A stretch of 64,000 bases of DNA from Phycisphaerae bacterium (GTDB lineage: Bacteria; Planctomycetota; Phycisphaerae; UBA1845; Fen-1342). The notes beneath the pieces are model-generated. The model was not told where the DNA came from. It made no database searches and was given only the letters and a program-made list of their open reading frames with translations. The DNA lies in the NCBI GenBank assembly GCA_050115495.1, contig JASFQK010000010.1, positions 96,360-160,359 of the forward strand, written 5' to 3'. Shown here in pieces: positions 9,261 to 18,295 of this stretch (within the stretch, counting starts at the first letter, position 1; every line of letters begins with the position of its first letter). The position numbers were made by a program, and so were the translations under genes.

Positions 9261-10488
9261 GACTGGCCGTGCCCGCCCCACTTCTGTGGCTGGTGGGTCC
9301 GGACCGGCCATGTTCGCTTTGCCGCAGGTGCTTCTGCACGTACTCGATCAACTTGCCGGCGGTTTCGTCGCAGGCTTTCGCGGCCTCTGGAGTGCCGCAG
9401 TTGGTGGCGACTAGAACGGCGAAGTCACGCTTCGGGGCCAGCCAGGCGACGGCGTACCAATACGTGTTGCTGCCGGCGTGCGTGAGGGCGGTGCCGCCGG
9501 CCCAGGGACGCTCGACCACGCCCCAGCCCAGGGCATAGTCGAAGCCGGGAGGTGGACGGTGCAGCGTGGTGATGGTCTCTGCCTTCAGCAGGCCCGATTC
9601 GCCGCGGGCGCCACGCAGATGCAACGCAGCGAAACGTGCCCAGTCGCCCAGCGAGCAATGCACCGTGCCGGCGGGGCCGAGACACGCCGGATTGTCGGAC
9701 AAAGCCAGCGGCTCCAACGGCAGGAGCTCCTCGCCGACGAGGCGGTGCCCGCGCGGCTGGTCGGGTTCGAGTGGCGTGCCCGGTGGGCCGAAGCCGGCGG
9801 TGTCCATCTTCAGCGGCGTGAAGAGCAGGTCGCGCATCAGCTCTTCCCAGGAGCGGCCGGTGACACGCTCGGCCATCGCGCCGGCGACGGCGTAGCCCAT
9901 GTTCGAGTAGATCATCTTCGAGCCGGGTTGCGCCGCCGGCTCCTGGCCGAGGGCGAGTCGGACAAGTGTCTCCCGCTGCTGGCGGATGGGGCCGTCGAGC
10001 GTGCGGAGACGCATGAACACCGGGCCGGGTACGCGATCCTCGGGCAGGCCGCTGCGATGCGTCAGGAGTTGCTCGATCGTGACGGCGTGATATTCGGGGC
10101 GAATCTCGCCTTTCAGGTCGGGGAACACGTCGGCGACCGTCGTGTCCCAGCGGAGCTGGCCCTGCTCGACGAGGCGGCCGATCAGTGTCGCGGTCATGGC
10201 CTTGGTGCAGGAGCCGATGTGGAAGCGGTCGTTCGGCGTAACCAGCGTCGTGTCGCCCATGCAGCGCACGCCGGTGGCGCCGAGGGCGACCAAGTCGTCA
10301 CCGCGGATGATGGTCCCCGCCAGTGCGGGCAGGTTGTGTTGGGCGCGGATGGGCTCGAGCAGCTCGGCCAGGTCGCGCACGGGTTGCGTCGTCGGCGGAG
10401 GCTCAGCCCAGGCCCACGCCGCGGCGAGCAGCACCAAGATGGCGGTCGCCGCGGCGTGGGCCGGCGCGTGTCGGGTTGAGCGGTTCAT
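9217..10488 (-). CDS. Secreted serine hydrolase (beta-lactamase-related/AmpC-like family)
   Basis: Signal peptide; F.IGSCTK (SxxK), LLTHRSGL, YSN, HAGS. Confidence 0.92.
   Translation of the reverse strand: MNRSTRHAPAHAAATAILVLLAAAWAWAEPPPTTQPVRDLAELLEPIRAQHNLPALAGTIIRGDDLVALGATGVRCMGDTTLVTPNDRFHIGSCTKAMTATLIGRLVEQGQLRWDTTVADVFPDLKGEIRPEYHAVTIEQLLTHRSGLPEDRVPGPVFMRLRTLDGPIRQQRETLVRLALGQEPAAQPGSKMIYSNMGYAVAGAMAERVTGRSWEELMRDLLFTPLKMDTAGFGPPGTPLEPDQPRGHRLVGEELLPLEPLALSDNPACLGPAGTVHCSLGDWARFAALHLRGARGESGLLKAETITTLHRPPPGFDYALGWGVVERPWAGGTALTHAGSNTYWYAVAWLAPKRDFAVLVATNCGTPEAAKACDETAGKLIEYVQKHLRQSEHGRSGPTSHRSGAGTASPTCVHPWACGVSAS
9257..9277 (+). repeat. GTAG-type REP-like repeat, right flank of islet
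   Basis: gtaggactggccgtgcccgcc; direct-repeat partner of 6790-6810. Confidence 0.55.
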
Positions 10489-10497
10489 CGGCGTTGG

Positions 10498-12141
10498 CTA
10501 CGAGGGACGCCGGTCGGCGGCCACCTCGTCCTTGAGCCGCTTCATGTGGCCACGGCCGAGGCCCTTGACCTCGCAGCCGAGCTCGAAGTAGCGGCGGATC
10601 TTGTCGTCGTCGAGGACGCCGAAGCAGTCGATGACCGCCACCGGCTGGCCGGCCATGCGCACGACCTCGTCCGGCGAGAGGGCAAGGTAGGGCTTGTGAC
10701 GGACGGCGAGGATGACGGCGTCGGCACCTTCGAGGGCGGTGGCGAGATCCTGCTGGATGCGCAGGTCCTTGAGGCCCTCCTGGTTGCGGAAGAAGCGGGC
10801 CCAGCTATAGCCGGGGGAGGGGTAGGTGTCCTGGGCCTCGATTTCCCACCAATGCGTGACGTAGGGGTCGTGGACGCGCAGGTCGCCACCCATCTCCGTC
10901 AGCTTGCGGACGACAAGCTCGCTGCCGCTGTAGCGGGTGTCGCCGACGTCCTCGCGATAGGCGGCGCCGAGGAGCGTGATGCGGGCGGCGGCGACGACCT
11001 TGCCCATGTTGCGCAACGCGTCGCGGGTGAGCTGGCCTACGTGCAACGCACGGGTGTCGTTGATGTCGATGGCCGTCGGCGTGATCATGAAGATGTCGTC
11101 TTCGAAGCCCATCAGGTGGCGATAGGCCCACATGCCCAGGCCGCCGTCCTTGGGCAGGCAGTAGCCGCCGATACCGGGGCCGGGGAAGATCATGTTGTTG
11201 TGGGTGGGGCGCATCTTGATGGCCTGGATGACCTTGATGAGATCGACGCCGTTGCGCTCGGCGAAGAGGCTCCATTCGTGGAGGAAGGCGAGGATGGTGG
11301 CCCGGTAGCTGTTCTCGACGATCTTGGTGGTCTCGCTTTCGAGTGGGCGATCGAGGACGGTCAGCGGGAACTCGTCGGTGTTGAGGACCTCGGTGAGGAA
11401 CTTCTCGACGCGACTGCGGGCCTCGGCGTTCACGCCACTGCACACGCGCCAGAAGTCGCGGATGCTGCTGACGTAGTTGCGGCCGGGCATGACCCGTTCG
11501 AAGCTGTGGGCCAGGAGCGGCTCGGTCTTGATGCCGCGAGCGGCGAAGGCCCGGCGGAGAATGGGCATGGCCACGTATTCGGTCGTGCCGGGCGCGACGG
11601 TCGTCTCGATGAGGACGAGACACTCGGGCGGGATGTGCTCGCCGATGACGCCGAAGCTCTTTTCGAGGGCGGCCATGTCGGCGTGGCCGCTGCGCAGGTT
11701 GCCCAGGTCCTCCTTGAGGTAGTCGCACTGCACGTCGACGACGACGCAGTCGGCGAGCTTGAGCACCTCGTTGGTGTACGTCGCGATGAGCGTCTTCTTG
11801 TCCTTGACGCAGCGGGGGATGATCTGGTCGACCTCGGGGTCTTCGGCCTTGACCGGCGACACGCCGCGGTTGAGGTAGTTGATCTTCCAGAAGCTGCGCG
11901 TGCTGGGCCGCTGCATGCCGATCACGAACTTCGTGGGCTGGCCGGTCTTGCGGTCGACCGTGTCGGCCACGACGGCGGCCATGACCGCGCCGACGAAGCC
12001 CACGCCGACCACGACGACGATCTCGCGGCCCTGCTGGCGCTGCTCGGCGACGATCTTCTCCAACCGCCGGAACTCCTCGGCGTAATCCTTCTCCGTGGGC
12101 AGAGGGAAACGTTCCCCATCCGGACTAATCGAGTAATCCAT
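10498..12141 (-). CDS. Nucleotide-sugar dehydrogenase (UDP-glucose/GDP-mannose dehydrogenase family)
   Basis: GVGFVG Rossmann motif, ETTV.PGTT, ERVMPG, K..EN, GIGGYCLPKD. Confidence 0.93.
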   Translation of the reverse strand: MDYSISPDGERFPLPTEKDYAEEFRRLEKIVAEQRQQGREIVVVVGVGFVGAVMAAVVADTVDRKTGQPTKFVIGMQRPSTRSFWKINYLNRGVSPVKAEDPEVDQIIPRCVKDKKTLIATYTNEVLKLADCVVVDVQCDYLKEDLGNLRSGHADMAALEKSFGVIGEHIPPECLVLIETTVAPGTTEYVAMPILRRAFAARGIKTEPLLAHSFERVMPGRNYVSSIRDFWRVCSGVNAEARSRVEKFLTEVLNTDEFPLTVLDRPLESETTKIVENSYRATILAFLHEWSLFAERNGVDLIKVIQAIKMRPTHNNMIFPGPGIGGYCLPKDGGLGMWAYRHLMGFEDDIFMITPTAIDINDTRALHVGQLTRDALRNMGKVVAAARITLLGAAYREDVGDTRYSGSELVVRKLTEMGGDLRVHDPYVTHWWEIEAQDTYPSPGYSWARFFRNQEGLKDLRIQQDLATALEGADAVILAVRHKPYLALSPDEVVRMAGQPVAVIDCFGVLDDDKIRRYFELGCEVKGLGRGHMKRLKDEVAADRRPS

Positions 12142-12361
12142 GGTGCCTTCCTCCAAAGGTGTGAGTCGTGCGCCGAGTGCCGGGGGGGCGGAACGACGGG
12201 GCCCCGCGCCGCACGGTGGACACCGTAGACCGGCGGCGGCGGGCCGTCAAATGACGGGGGGTGGGTGGGGCGGTGAGTGAAATCGGCGGGTATGCTGGCA
12301 ATCCGTGCGACGGCGCTGCAAGATCAGCCCTGCGACGCATGGTGTTGGAGTGGAACGTGTC

Positions 12362-14365
12362 ATGAACGAGGCTTCGCCATCGGCCAAGCGGCCGCTCGAC
12401 GACCCGCGCCTGCACCGGGTGCTGGTGCCGGGACTGCTGGTGTTGACGGCGGTGTTGGCGGTGACGTCGCTGTTGGGGGACAGCCTCACGTACGATGAGA
12501 ACAGCCACCTGACGGCGGGGATGAGCGTGCTGGAGACGGGCGACTATCGATTAGCGCCCGATCACCCGCCGCTGGCCAAGATCTGGGCGGCGTGGCCGCT
12601 GCTCTTCACGGATCAGGAATGGGTACCGGCGGACAACCACGGCTGGCAGATCGCCGACGTGTTCATCACCGGGCGGACGTGGCTGTTCGAGTTGAACGAC
12701 GGCGAGCGGCTGCTGCCGATCGCGCGGTGCATGATCGTGGTACTGCTGGTGGCCCTGTGCCTGGCGGTGTATGCGACAGCCCGCACGCTGTTCGGGCCGT
12801 CCGCGGGGCTGCTGGCCCTGGCGCTGGCGGCGCTGAGCCCGACGTTCCTGGCGCATGGCCGGCTGGTGACGACCGATCTGCCCATCACGTTGTGTCTGAC
12901 GTTGGTGTTGCTGACGATGGCCCGGCTGTTGCAGCGGGTCACGGTCTGGCGGTTGCTGGCGGCGGCCGCAGCGCTGGGGGCGGCGAGCGTGACGAAGATG
13001 TCGTGGCCGCTGATTCTGCCGGCGGTGGCCGGGATGTTCGTCGCGGTGCTGGTGCGGCAAACGCCGCTGGAGGTCCGCCGGGGGCGGGGCGAGTCGGCGG
13101 TGCGCTTGCTGGAACGGCCGCGGCAGCGGGCCAGAGTGCTGGCCGTGCTGGCGGTCGTGCTGGGGCTGACGACGTGGACCAGCATCTGGGCGTGCTACTC
13201 CGGGCGCGTGAGCATGTTCGGGCCGGCGGTGACGAAGTCGCTGGAGGACGGGACCGCCGACGCGGCGACGCGTGATTTGGTCGACAACCTGTCGGTGGCG
13301 TGGAATCGGGCCCTGTCCGATGAGAACGGCCAGCCGCGCACCAGCTTCGTGCCGAGCACGCTGCGCTTCCTGGCCGACTGGAACCTGCTGCCCGAGGCGT
13401 ACCTGTTCGGGTTGGCGTGGACGTTCGAGGTAACGGGCGGGCGGATCGCGTACTTCTGCGGCGAGGTGAACACGGCGGGGTTCACCTGGTATTTCCCGGT
13501 GGCGTTCGCGATCAAGACGCCGGTGGCGACGATGTTGCTGGTCATCGCGGGCATCGTGGCTCTGGCGCGGCGGCGCTGCGCGTGGAACCGGGATGTGCTG
13601 CTACTGACCGGGCACGCGGTTTTCGTGGCTCTGTACGTGCCGTACGTCATTCACAGCGGCTTCAACATCGGGCAGCGGCACCTGCTGCCGATCTATCCGG
13701 CGCTGTTCGCAGTGGGCGGGGCGGCGGCGGCGTGGCTGAGGAGCCGGGTGGGGCGCGTGCTGATCGGGTTGGCGGTGGTGTGGCTGGCGGGGGCGAATGC
13801 GCACATCTATCCGCATTACCTGAGCTACTTCAACGAGCTGATTGGCGGGCCGGCCAACGGGCGTTACTACCTCGCCGACAGTAACATCGACTGGGGCCAG
13901 GATCTCAAGCGGCTGGCCACGTACGCCCACGAGCACCCGGAAGAGACGATCAAGCTGTCGTATTTCGGCAGCGCCGATCCGACGTGTTACGGCTTCCCGG
14001 TCACGCTGCTGCCGAGCTCGATCGAGACGGGCTCGTACGGAGCGCTGGCGGGCGGGGGCCTGTACGTGATCAGCGTGACGAACCTGCTCGGCGTGTACGA
14101 GTCGTATGCGTGGGAGTCGTTCTGGGCCGATCCGAAGTGGCCGGCGTACTATCGCAAAGTCGAGGACTACCTGGCCGCACCGCCCGTGGATGACACGGCG
14201 GCGACGCAGAAGGAGCGGGCCGTCGCCACGCGCGAGCGGGACAAGCTGCGCTGGGGCCGGTTCTTGTATCGGCTGCGGCGGCGGCCGCCGGGCCAGCGCA
14301 TCGGCTGGTCGATGTTTGTGTACCACCTGTCGGCGGCGGACGTGGAGGAACTGGCCAAGCCCTGA
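12362..14365 (+). CDS. GT-C (GT39/ArnT/PMT-like) membrane glycosyltransferase
   Basis: TYDE..H, DHPPLAK, SPT.LAHG.L.TTD, WYFPVA..IKTP, NIGQRHLLP, DSNIDWGQD. Confidence 0.88.
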   Translation: MNEASPSAKRPLDDPRLHRVLVPGLLVLTAVLAVTSLLGDSLTYDENSHLTAGMSVLETGDYRLAPDHPPLAKIWAAWPLLFTDQEWVPADNHGWQIADVFITGRTWLFELNDGERLLPIARCMIVVLLVALCLAVYATARTLFGPSAGLLALALAALSPTFLAHGRLVTTDLPITLCLTLVLLTMARLLQRVTVWRLLAAAAALGAASVTKMSWPLILPAVAGMFVAVLVRQTPLEVRRGRGESAVRLLERPRQRARVLAVLAVVLGLTTWTSIWACYSGRVSMFGPAVTKSLEDGTADAATRDLVDNLSVAWNRALSDENGQPRTSFVPSTLRFLADWNLLPEAYLFGLAWTFEVTGGRIAYFCGEVNTAGFTWYFPVAFAIKTPVATMLLVIAGIVALARRRCAWNRDVLLLTGHAVFVALYVPYVIHSGFNIGQRHLLPIYPALFAVGGAAAAWLRSRVGRVLIGLAVVWLAGANAHIYPHYLSYFNELIGGPANGRYYLADSNIDWGQDLKRLATYAHEHPEETIKLSYFGSADPTCYGFPVTLLPSSIETGSYGALAGGGLYVISVTNLLGVYESYAWESFWADPKWPAYYRKVEDYLAAPPVDDTAATQKERAVATRERDKLRWGRFLYRLRRRPPGQRIGWSMFVYHLSAADVEELAKP

Positions 14366-14401
14366 GGCTGTGCGGCGTATCGCGGTGGCCGGAGACGGTG
14401 G

Positions 14402-16273
14402 ATGAGCAAGGAGCCGACGAGCACGGCGGGGCGAACGCAGTGGTACGTGCTCGCGCTCGTGTTCCTCGTGGCGCTGGTGATGCGCGGGGCGGATTTCTGG
14501 GGGCAGATGCACGACAACCCGTTCTTCGGCGCGCCCATGATGGACGAGCGCATGCACCACATGTGGGCGGAGCAGATCGCCAGCGGCGAGGGGATGGGCC
14601 CGAAGCCGTTCTTCCGGGCGCCGCTGTACTACTGCCTGCTGGCCGGGCTGTATGCGCTGGCGGGGCCGAACATCGCACTGGCGCGGGCGTTGGGCTACCT
14701 GATGGGGGCGCTGACGTGCGTGCTGGTGACGCGACTGGGGACGATTCTGGTACGGCCGGCGGTCGGCCTGATCGCGGGGTTGCTGGCGGCGCTCTACTGG
14801 CCGCAGATCTATTTCGACGGACAGCTACTGACGGTCGGACTGGAGGTCTTTCTCGGCACGGCGCTGCTGCTCGTGCTGATCGAGGCGGTGCGGCGGGGAT
14901 CGCTGGGATTGTGCGGACTGGCGGGGATCGTGTGGGGACTGGCGGCGATCACGCGCCCGAACTTCCTGGTGGCGGCGCCGGTGATCGCGATCTGGCTCTG
15001 GGTCGGGGCACCGCTGGCCCGCCGGCGGATGCACAAGCTGGCGGCGTTGGGGCTGATCGGGCTCGGCGCGGTCGTGACGATTCTGCCGGTGACGCTGTAC
15101 AACCGGATTGTCGGCGGAGAGTGGGTGCTCATCGCGACAAACGGCGGGGTGAACTTCTACATCGGGAACAACCCGTGGGCGGACGGTGAGGCGGCAGTGG
15201 TTCCCGGGACACGCCGGGACTGGGTCGGCGGGTTTGAGGACACGCACACAATTCCCGAGCACGAGCTGGGCCGCAAGCTCACCGAGGGGGAGGTGTCCGA
15301 CTACTGGATGCGGAAAGGGCTGGCGTGGATCCGTGAAGATCCGGGACGATGGGCGGCGCTGACGCTGCACAAGCTGCGGCTGTTCTGGAGCCCGGTGGAG
15401 ATTCCGAACAACCAACCGGCGTGGTTCTTCGCGCGGCTGTCGCTGGCGTCCGGGCTGTATTGGATCGGGTTCCCGGTGGTGGCGTGCCTGGGGTTGGCGG
15501 GGCTCGTGGTTATCGGGCGATCAGCGCGGATGTGGTTTGTGCCGCTGGCGTTCGCGGGCGTGTACATGGCGAGCGTTGTGGCGTTCTTCTGCGCGGATCG
15601 GTATCGATTGCCAATCGTGCCGGTCTTGATGCTGCCGGCGGCGGCGGGATTGGGGCGGCTGCCGGAGTTGTGGCGACAGCGGAGATTCGCGCGGCTTGGC
15701 GGCTATGGTGCTGTGCTGGCGGCGGCTGCGCTGTTTCTCTACACGAATCCGCCGCCACGGGATGCGTTTAACGAGGCTACGGAGGGGAGCGCGCACTACG
15801 ACCTGGGTCTGCACTACATCCGGCTGGCGCCGCAACAGCCGGAGTACCTGCCGCTGGCGGTGGCTCACTTCGAGGAGGCGGTGCGGCTGCGGCCGTATCA
15901 CGGGATCGCCCGGCTATGGCTGGGGCTGGGCCTGCTCGATCTGGAGCGTGAGGATGAGGCGGAGGAGCAGTTCGCCGCCGCCCTGGAAATGGGTCACGAT
16001 GATCCGGGCATCTACACGTTCTACGGACATATCTTGCGCTCGCGCGGGCGGCTGGCGGAGGCGGCGGAGCAATACCGGGCCGCGATCCAGGAGCAGCCGG
16101 CGATGGTGGATGCGTACATGGATCTTGGCGAGGTGCTCGTCGAGCTGGGTGACAAGGACGAGGCGGCCAAGTGTTATCAACACGTGTTGTCGCTGGACGC
16201 CGGCCATGAGGAAGCGGCTCGGCGGCTCGCGGAACTGGAGTTGGGCGAGCAGACGCCGACGTCAGCGCCCTGA
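14402..16273 (+). CDS. GT-C (PMT-like) glycosyltransferase with C-terminal TPR repeats
   Basis: MDE..H, FFRAPLY, RPN, GGVNFYIGNN, RYRLP; TPR-like helices at the C-terminus. Confidence 0.88.
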   Translation: MSKEPTSTAGRTQWYVLALVFLVALVMRGADFWGQMHDNPFFGAPMMDERMHHMWAEQIASGEGMGPKPFFRAPLYYCLLAGLYALAGPNIALARALGYLMGALTCVLVTRLGTILVRPAVGLIAGLLAALYWPQIYFDGQLLTVGLEVFLGTALLLVLIEAVRRGSLGLCGLAGIVWGLAAITRPNFLVAAPVIAIWLWVGAPLARRRMHKLAALGLIGLGAVVTILPVTLYNRIVGGEWVLIATNGGVNFYIGNNPWADGEAAVVPGTRRDWVGGFEDTHTIPEHELGRKLTEGEVSDYWMRKGLAWIREDPGRWAALTLHKLRLFWSPVEIPNNQPAWFFARLSLASGLYWIGFPVVACLGLAGLVVIGRSARMWFVPLAFAGVYMASVVAFFCADRYRLPIVPVLMLPAAAGLGRLPELWRQRRFARLGGYGAVLAAAALFLYTNPPPRDAFNEATEGSAHYDLGLHYIRLAPQQPEYLPLAVAHFEEAVRLRPYHGIARLWLGLGLLDLEREDEAEEQFAAALEMGHDDPGIYTFYGHILRSRGRLAEAAEQYRAAIQEQPAMVDAYMDLGEVLVELGDKDEAAKCYQHVLSLDAGHEEAARRLAELELGEQTPTSAP

Positions 16274-16600
16274 CGTATCGTCGGGGGGCGGGGGAGGCTC
16301 GACGGTAGGTGGACGCTCGCTACGTCGACGGGCGAATCCCTCGCGGACTTCGTGCTCGGTCAGGCCGAGCCGGTTGAGCGGTACGGTGAAGCCGCGCAGG
16401 GCGCCACACTCGGGGCAACGGGGGATGTCGAGGCCTTCGAGGCTGTAACCGCACTTGGCGCAGCGGGCGCTGTTCTCGCGCTGGCGTCTGGCCCGAGCGG
16501 TCAACCTCCGTGCGAGACGCACGAGCACCAGGCTGGCCAATCCCACCATTACGGGGATCAGCGCCAGGAGCAGAATCAGGAGTGTCTTGCTCCGCCACAT
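16262..16600 (-). CDS. Membrane-anchored zinc-ribbon protein
   Basis: N-terminal TM helix; CAKCGYSLEGL..CPECG. Confidence 0.75.
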   Translation of the reverse strand: MWRSKTLLILLLALIPVMVGLASLVLVRLARRLTARARRQRENSARCAKCGYSLEGLDIPRCPECGALRGFTVPLNRLGLTEHEVREGFARRRSERPPTVEPPPPPDDTSGR

Positions 16601-16650
16601 GGCCGGTGTTTCCTGTCAGACGGCCGCGTGCCGCCGCGGTGGCGGCAGGC

Positions 16651-17097
16651 TCAGTGGCCGGTGTGGCCGAAGCCGCCGGCGCCGCGTTGGCTTTCGGCGA
16701 GTTCGGTCACTTCGGTGACGTCGACGTGTTCGACGCGGTTGATGACGAGTTGGGCGAAGCGCATGCCGCGGGTGACGGTGTAGGGCTCGCGGGCGCAGTT
16801 GCCGAGGACGACCTGGAGCTCGCCGCGATAGTCGGCGTCGATCGTTCCGGGGGCGTTGGGCAGCATCAGGCCGTGACGCAGGGCGAGGCCGCTACGGGCC
16901 CGGACCTGGCCCTCGCAGCCGGGGGGAATCTCGAGAAAGAGGCCCGTGGGAACGAGCTTGATCTCGCCGGGGGCGATGGTGATGGGTTCGTCGTTGGCGG
17001 CGTAGAGGTCGAGGCCGGCGGAGTGCTCGGTCATGTATTGCGGCAGGGGCAGGTCTTCCAGCCCGGGCCGGCGGCGGATCTTGAGTACCGGTCGCAT
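16651..17097 (-). CDS. dut: dUTP diphosphatase
   Basis: AGLDL, RSGLA, GTIDADYRGE, R.AQL, RGAGGFGHTG. Confidence 0.97.
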   Translation of the reverse strand: MRPVLKIRRRPGLEDLPLPQYMTEHSAGLDLYAANDEPITIAPGEIKLVPTGLFLEIPPGCEGQVRARSGLALRHGLMLPNAPGTIDADYRGELQVVLGNCAREPYTVTRGMRFAQLVINRVEHVDVTEVTELAESQRGAGGFGHTGH

Positions 17098-17292
17098 CTT
17101 TGCTCCTGCGTGGATCGTCGGGTTCCCAGGGGCCGAGTATAGCGGCGGGGCGAAGTGGCTGCACGGCGGGGAATAGTGGGCGGGGCGGGGCGGTTAGAGA
17201 GAACAGGAAGCGGTTTCCAAACGGGTGCGGTTCACCCCCAGTACTGATTACGACGCGCTTTGTCAGAGTTTACCCAGAAGGGAGAAGTGTCG

Positions 17293-17880
17293 ATGGAAAA
17301 CCTGGTGACCAAGCCGGCGCCGGACTTCGCAGCCCAGGCGGTCATGCCGGACAACACGTTTCGCGAGCTGAAGCTGTCGGACTATCGCGGCAAGTACGTG
17401 ATCCTGTTCTTCTACCCGCTCGATTTCACGTTCGTCTGCCCGTCCGAGATTATCGCCTTTGACAAGGAGCTTACGCAGTTCACGGAGCGGAACACCGTGG
17501 TCATCGGCGTGTCGGTCGATTCGCACTTCTCGCACTTCGCGTGGAAGAATACGCCGCGGAACAAGGGCGGTATCGGCAACGTGCAGTTCCCGCTGGTGGC
17601 CGACATCACCAAGCGGATCTCGACGGATTACGGCGTGCTGCTCGACAGCGGCGTGGCACTGCGCGGGCTGTTCCTGATCGACAAGGAAGGCGTGGTGCGG
17701 CACTGCATCGTCAACGACCTGCCGTTGGGGCGGAACGTCGACGAGGCCCTGCGCACCGTAGAGGCCCTGCACCACTTCGAGAAGCACGGCGAGGTCTGCC
17801 CGGCGAACTGGCGCGAGGGCGATGAGGCGATGAAGCCTACGGCCGAGGGTGTCGCGACGTATCTCGGCAAGCACGGGTAG
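17293..17880 (+). CDS. Typical 2-Cys peroxiredoxin (AhpC/TSA)
   Basis: FYPLDFTFVCPSE and GEVCPANW. Confidence 0.96.
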   Translation: MENLVTKPAPDFAAQAVMPDNTFRELKLSDYRGKYVILFFYPLDFTFVCPSEIIAFDKELTQFTERNTVVIGVSVDSHFSHFAWKNTPRNKGGIGNVQFPLVADITKRISTDYGVLLDSGVALRGLFLIDKEGVVRHCIVNDLPLGRNVDEALRTVEALHHFEKHGEVCPANWREGDEAMKPTAEGVATYLGKHG

Positions 17881-17931
17881 TGCGGGCGGCGGCCGGCGCG
17901 AGTAGAATAGAGCTGAACGGGAGTGTGCGGT

Positions 17932-18111
17932 ATGCCTCTGTTTGAGTACGAATGTCGGCATTGCGGGCATGTGCACGAGGTGCTGGCCCGCGCCGGGGCC
18001 GCGCCGCCGAAGAAGTGCCCGAAGTGCGGTGAGCCGCAGCTTGAGCGGCGGTTCTCGGTGTTCGCGACCGGCGGTGGTGAGAAGAAGCGGTCGTGTGCGC
18101 CGCGAGGCTGA
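17932..18111 (+). CDS. FmdB-family zinc-ribbon protein (possible Sec read-through to 18126)
   Basis: MPLFEYECRHCG..CPKCG..LERRFS. Confidence 0.9.
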   Translation: MPLFEYECRHCGHVHEVLARAGAAPPKKCPKCGEPQLERRFSVFATGGGEKKRSCAPRG

Positions 18112-18193
18112 GGGATCAAGCGTTAGGCCCTCGGTGAGGGTCAGCGGCGGAGAAGGGGGGCAGCTTAGGTTGTGCGGTTCCTGACGTGCGGTC

Positions 18194-18274
18194 GGAAAAG
18201 GGGACAGGCACCGAGCCTTGTGCAGCAGCGGAAACGCCGCGGTTGTTGTGGGCTCGGAGCCAGTCCCCTTTTCC
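18194..18274. repeat. Intergenic inverted-repeat element (MITE/REP-like), copy 1
   Basis: Perfect 12-bp TIR ggaaaaggggac/gtccccttttcc; gggacaggcac...ggctcggagccagtccc shared with 25261-25349. Confidence 0.75.
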
Positions 18275-18295
18275 TTGGGTCGCGCCGAGCCCGCC

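Noticed and set aside
9217..10488. Antibiotic-resistance beta-lactamase
   Set aside because: The SxxK/YxN motifs are shared by many esterases and peptidases, and nothing specifically indicates class C beta-lactamase activity.
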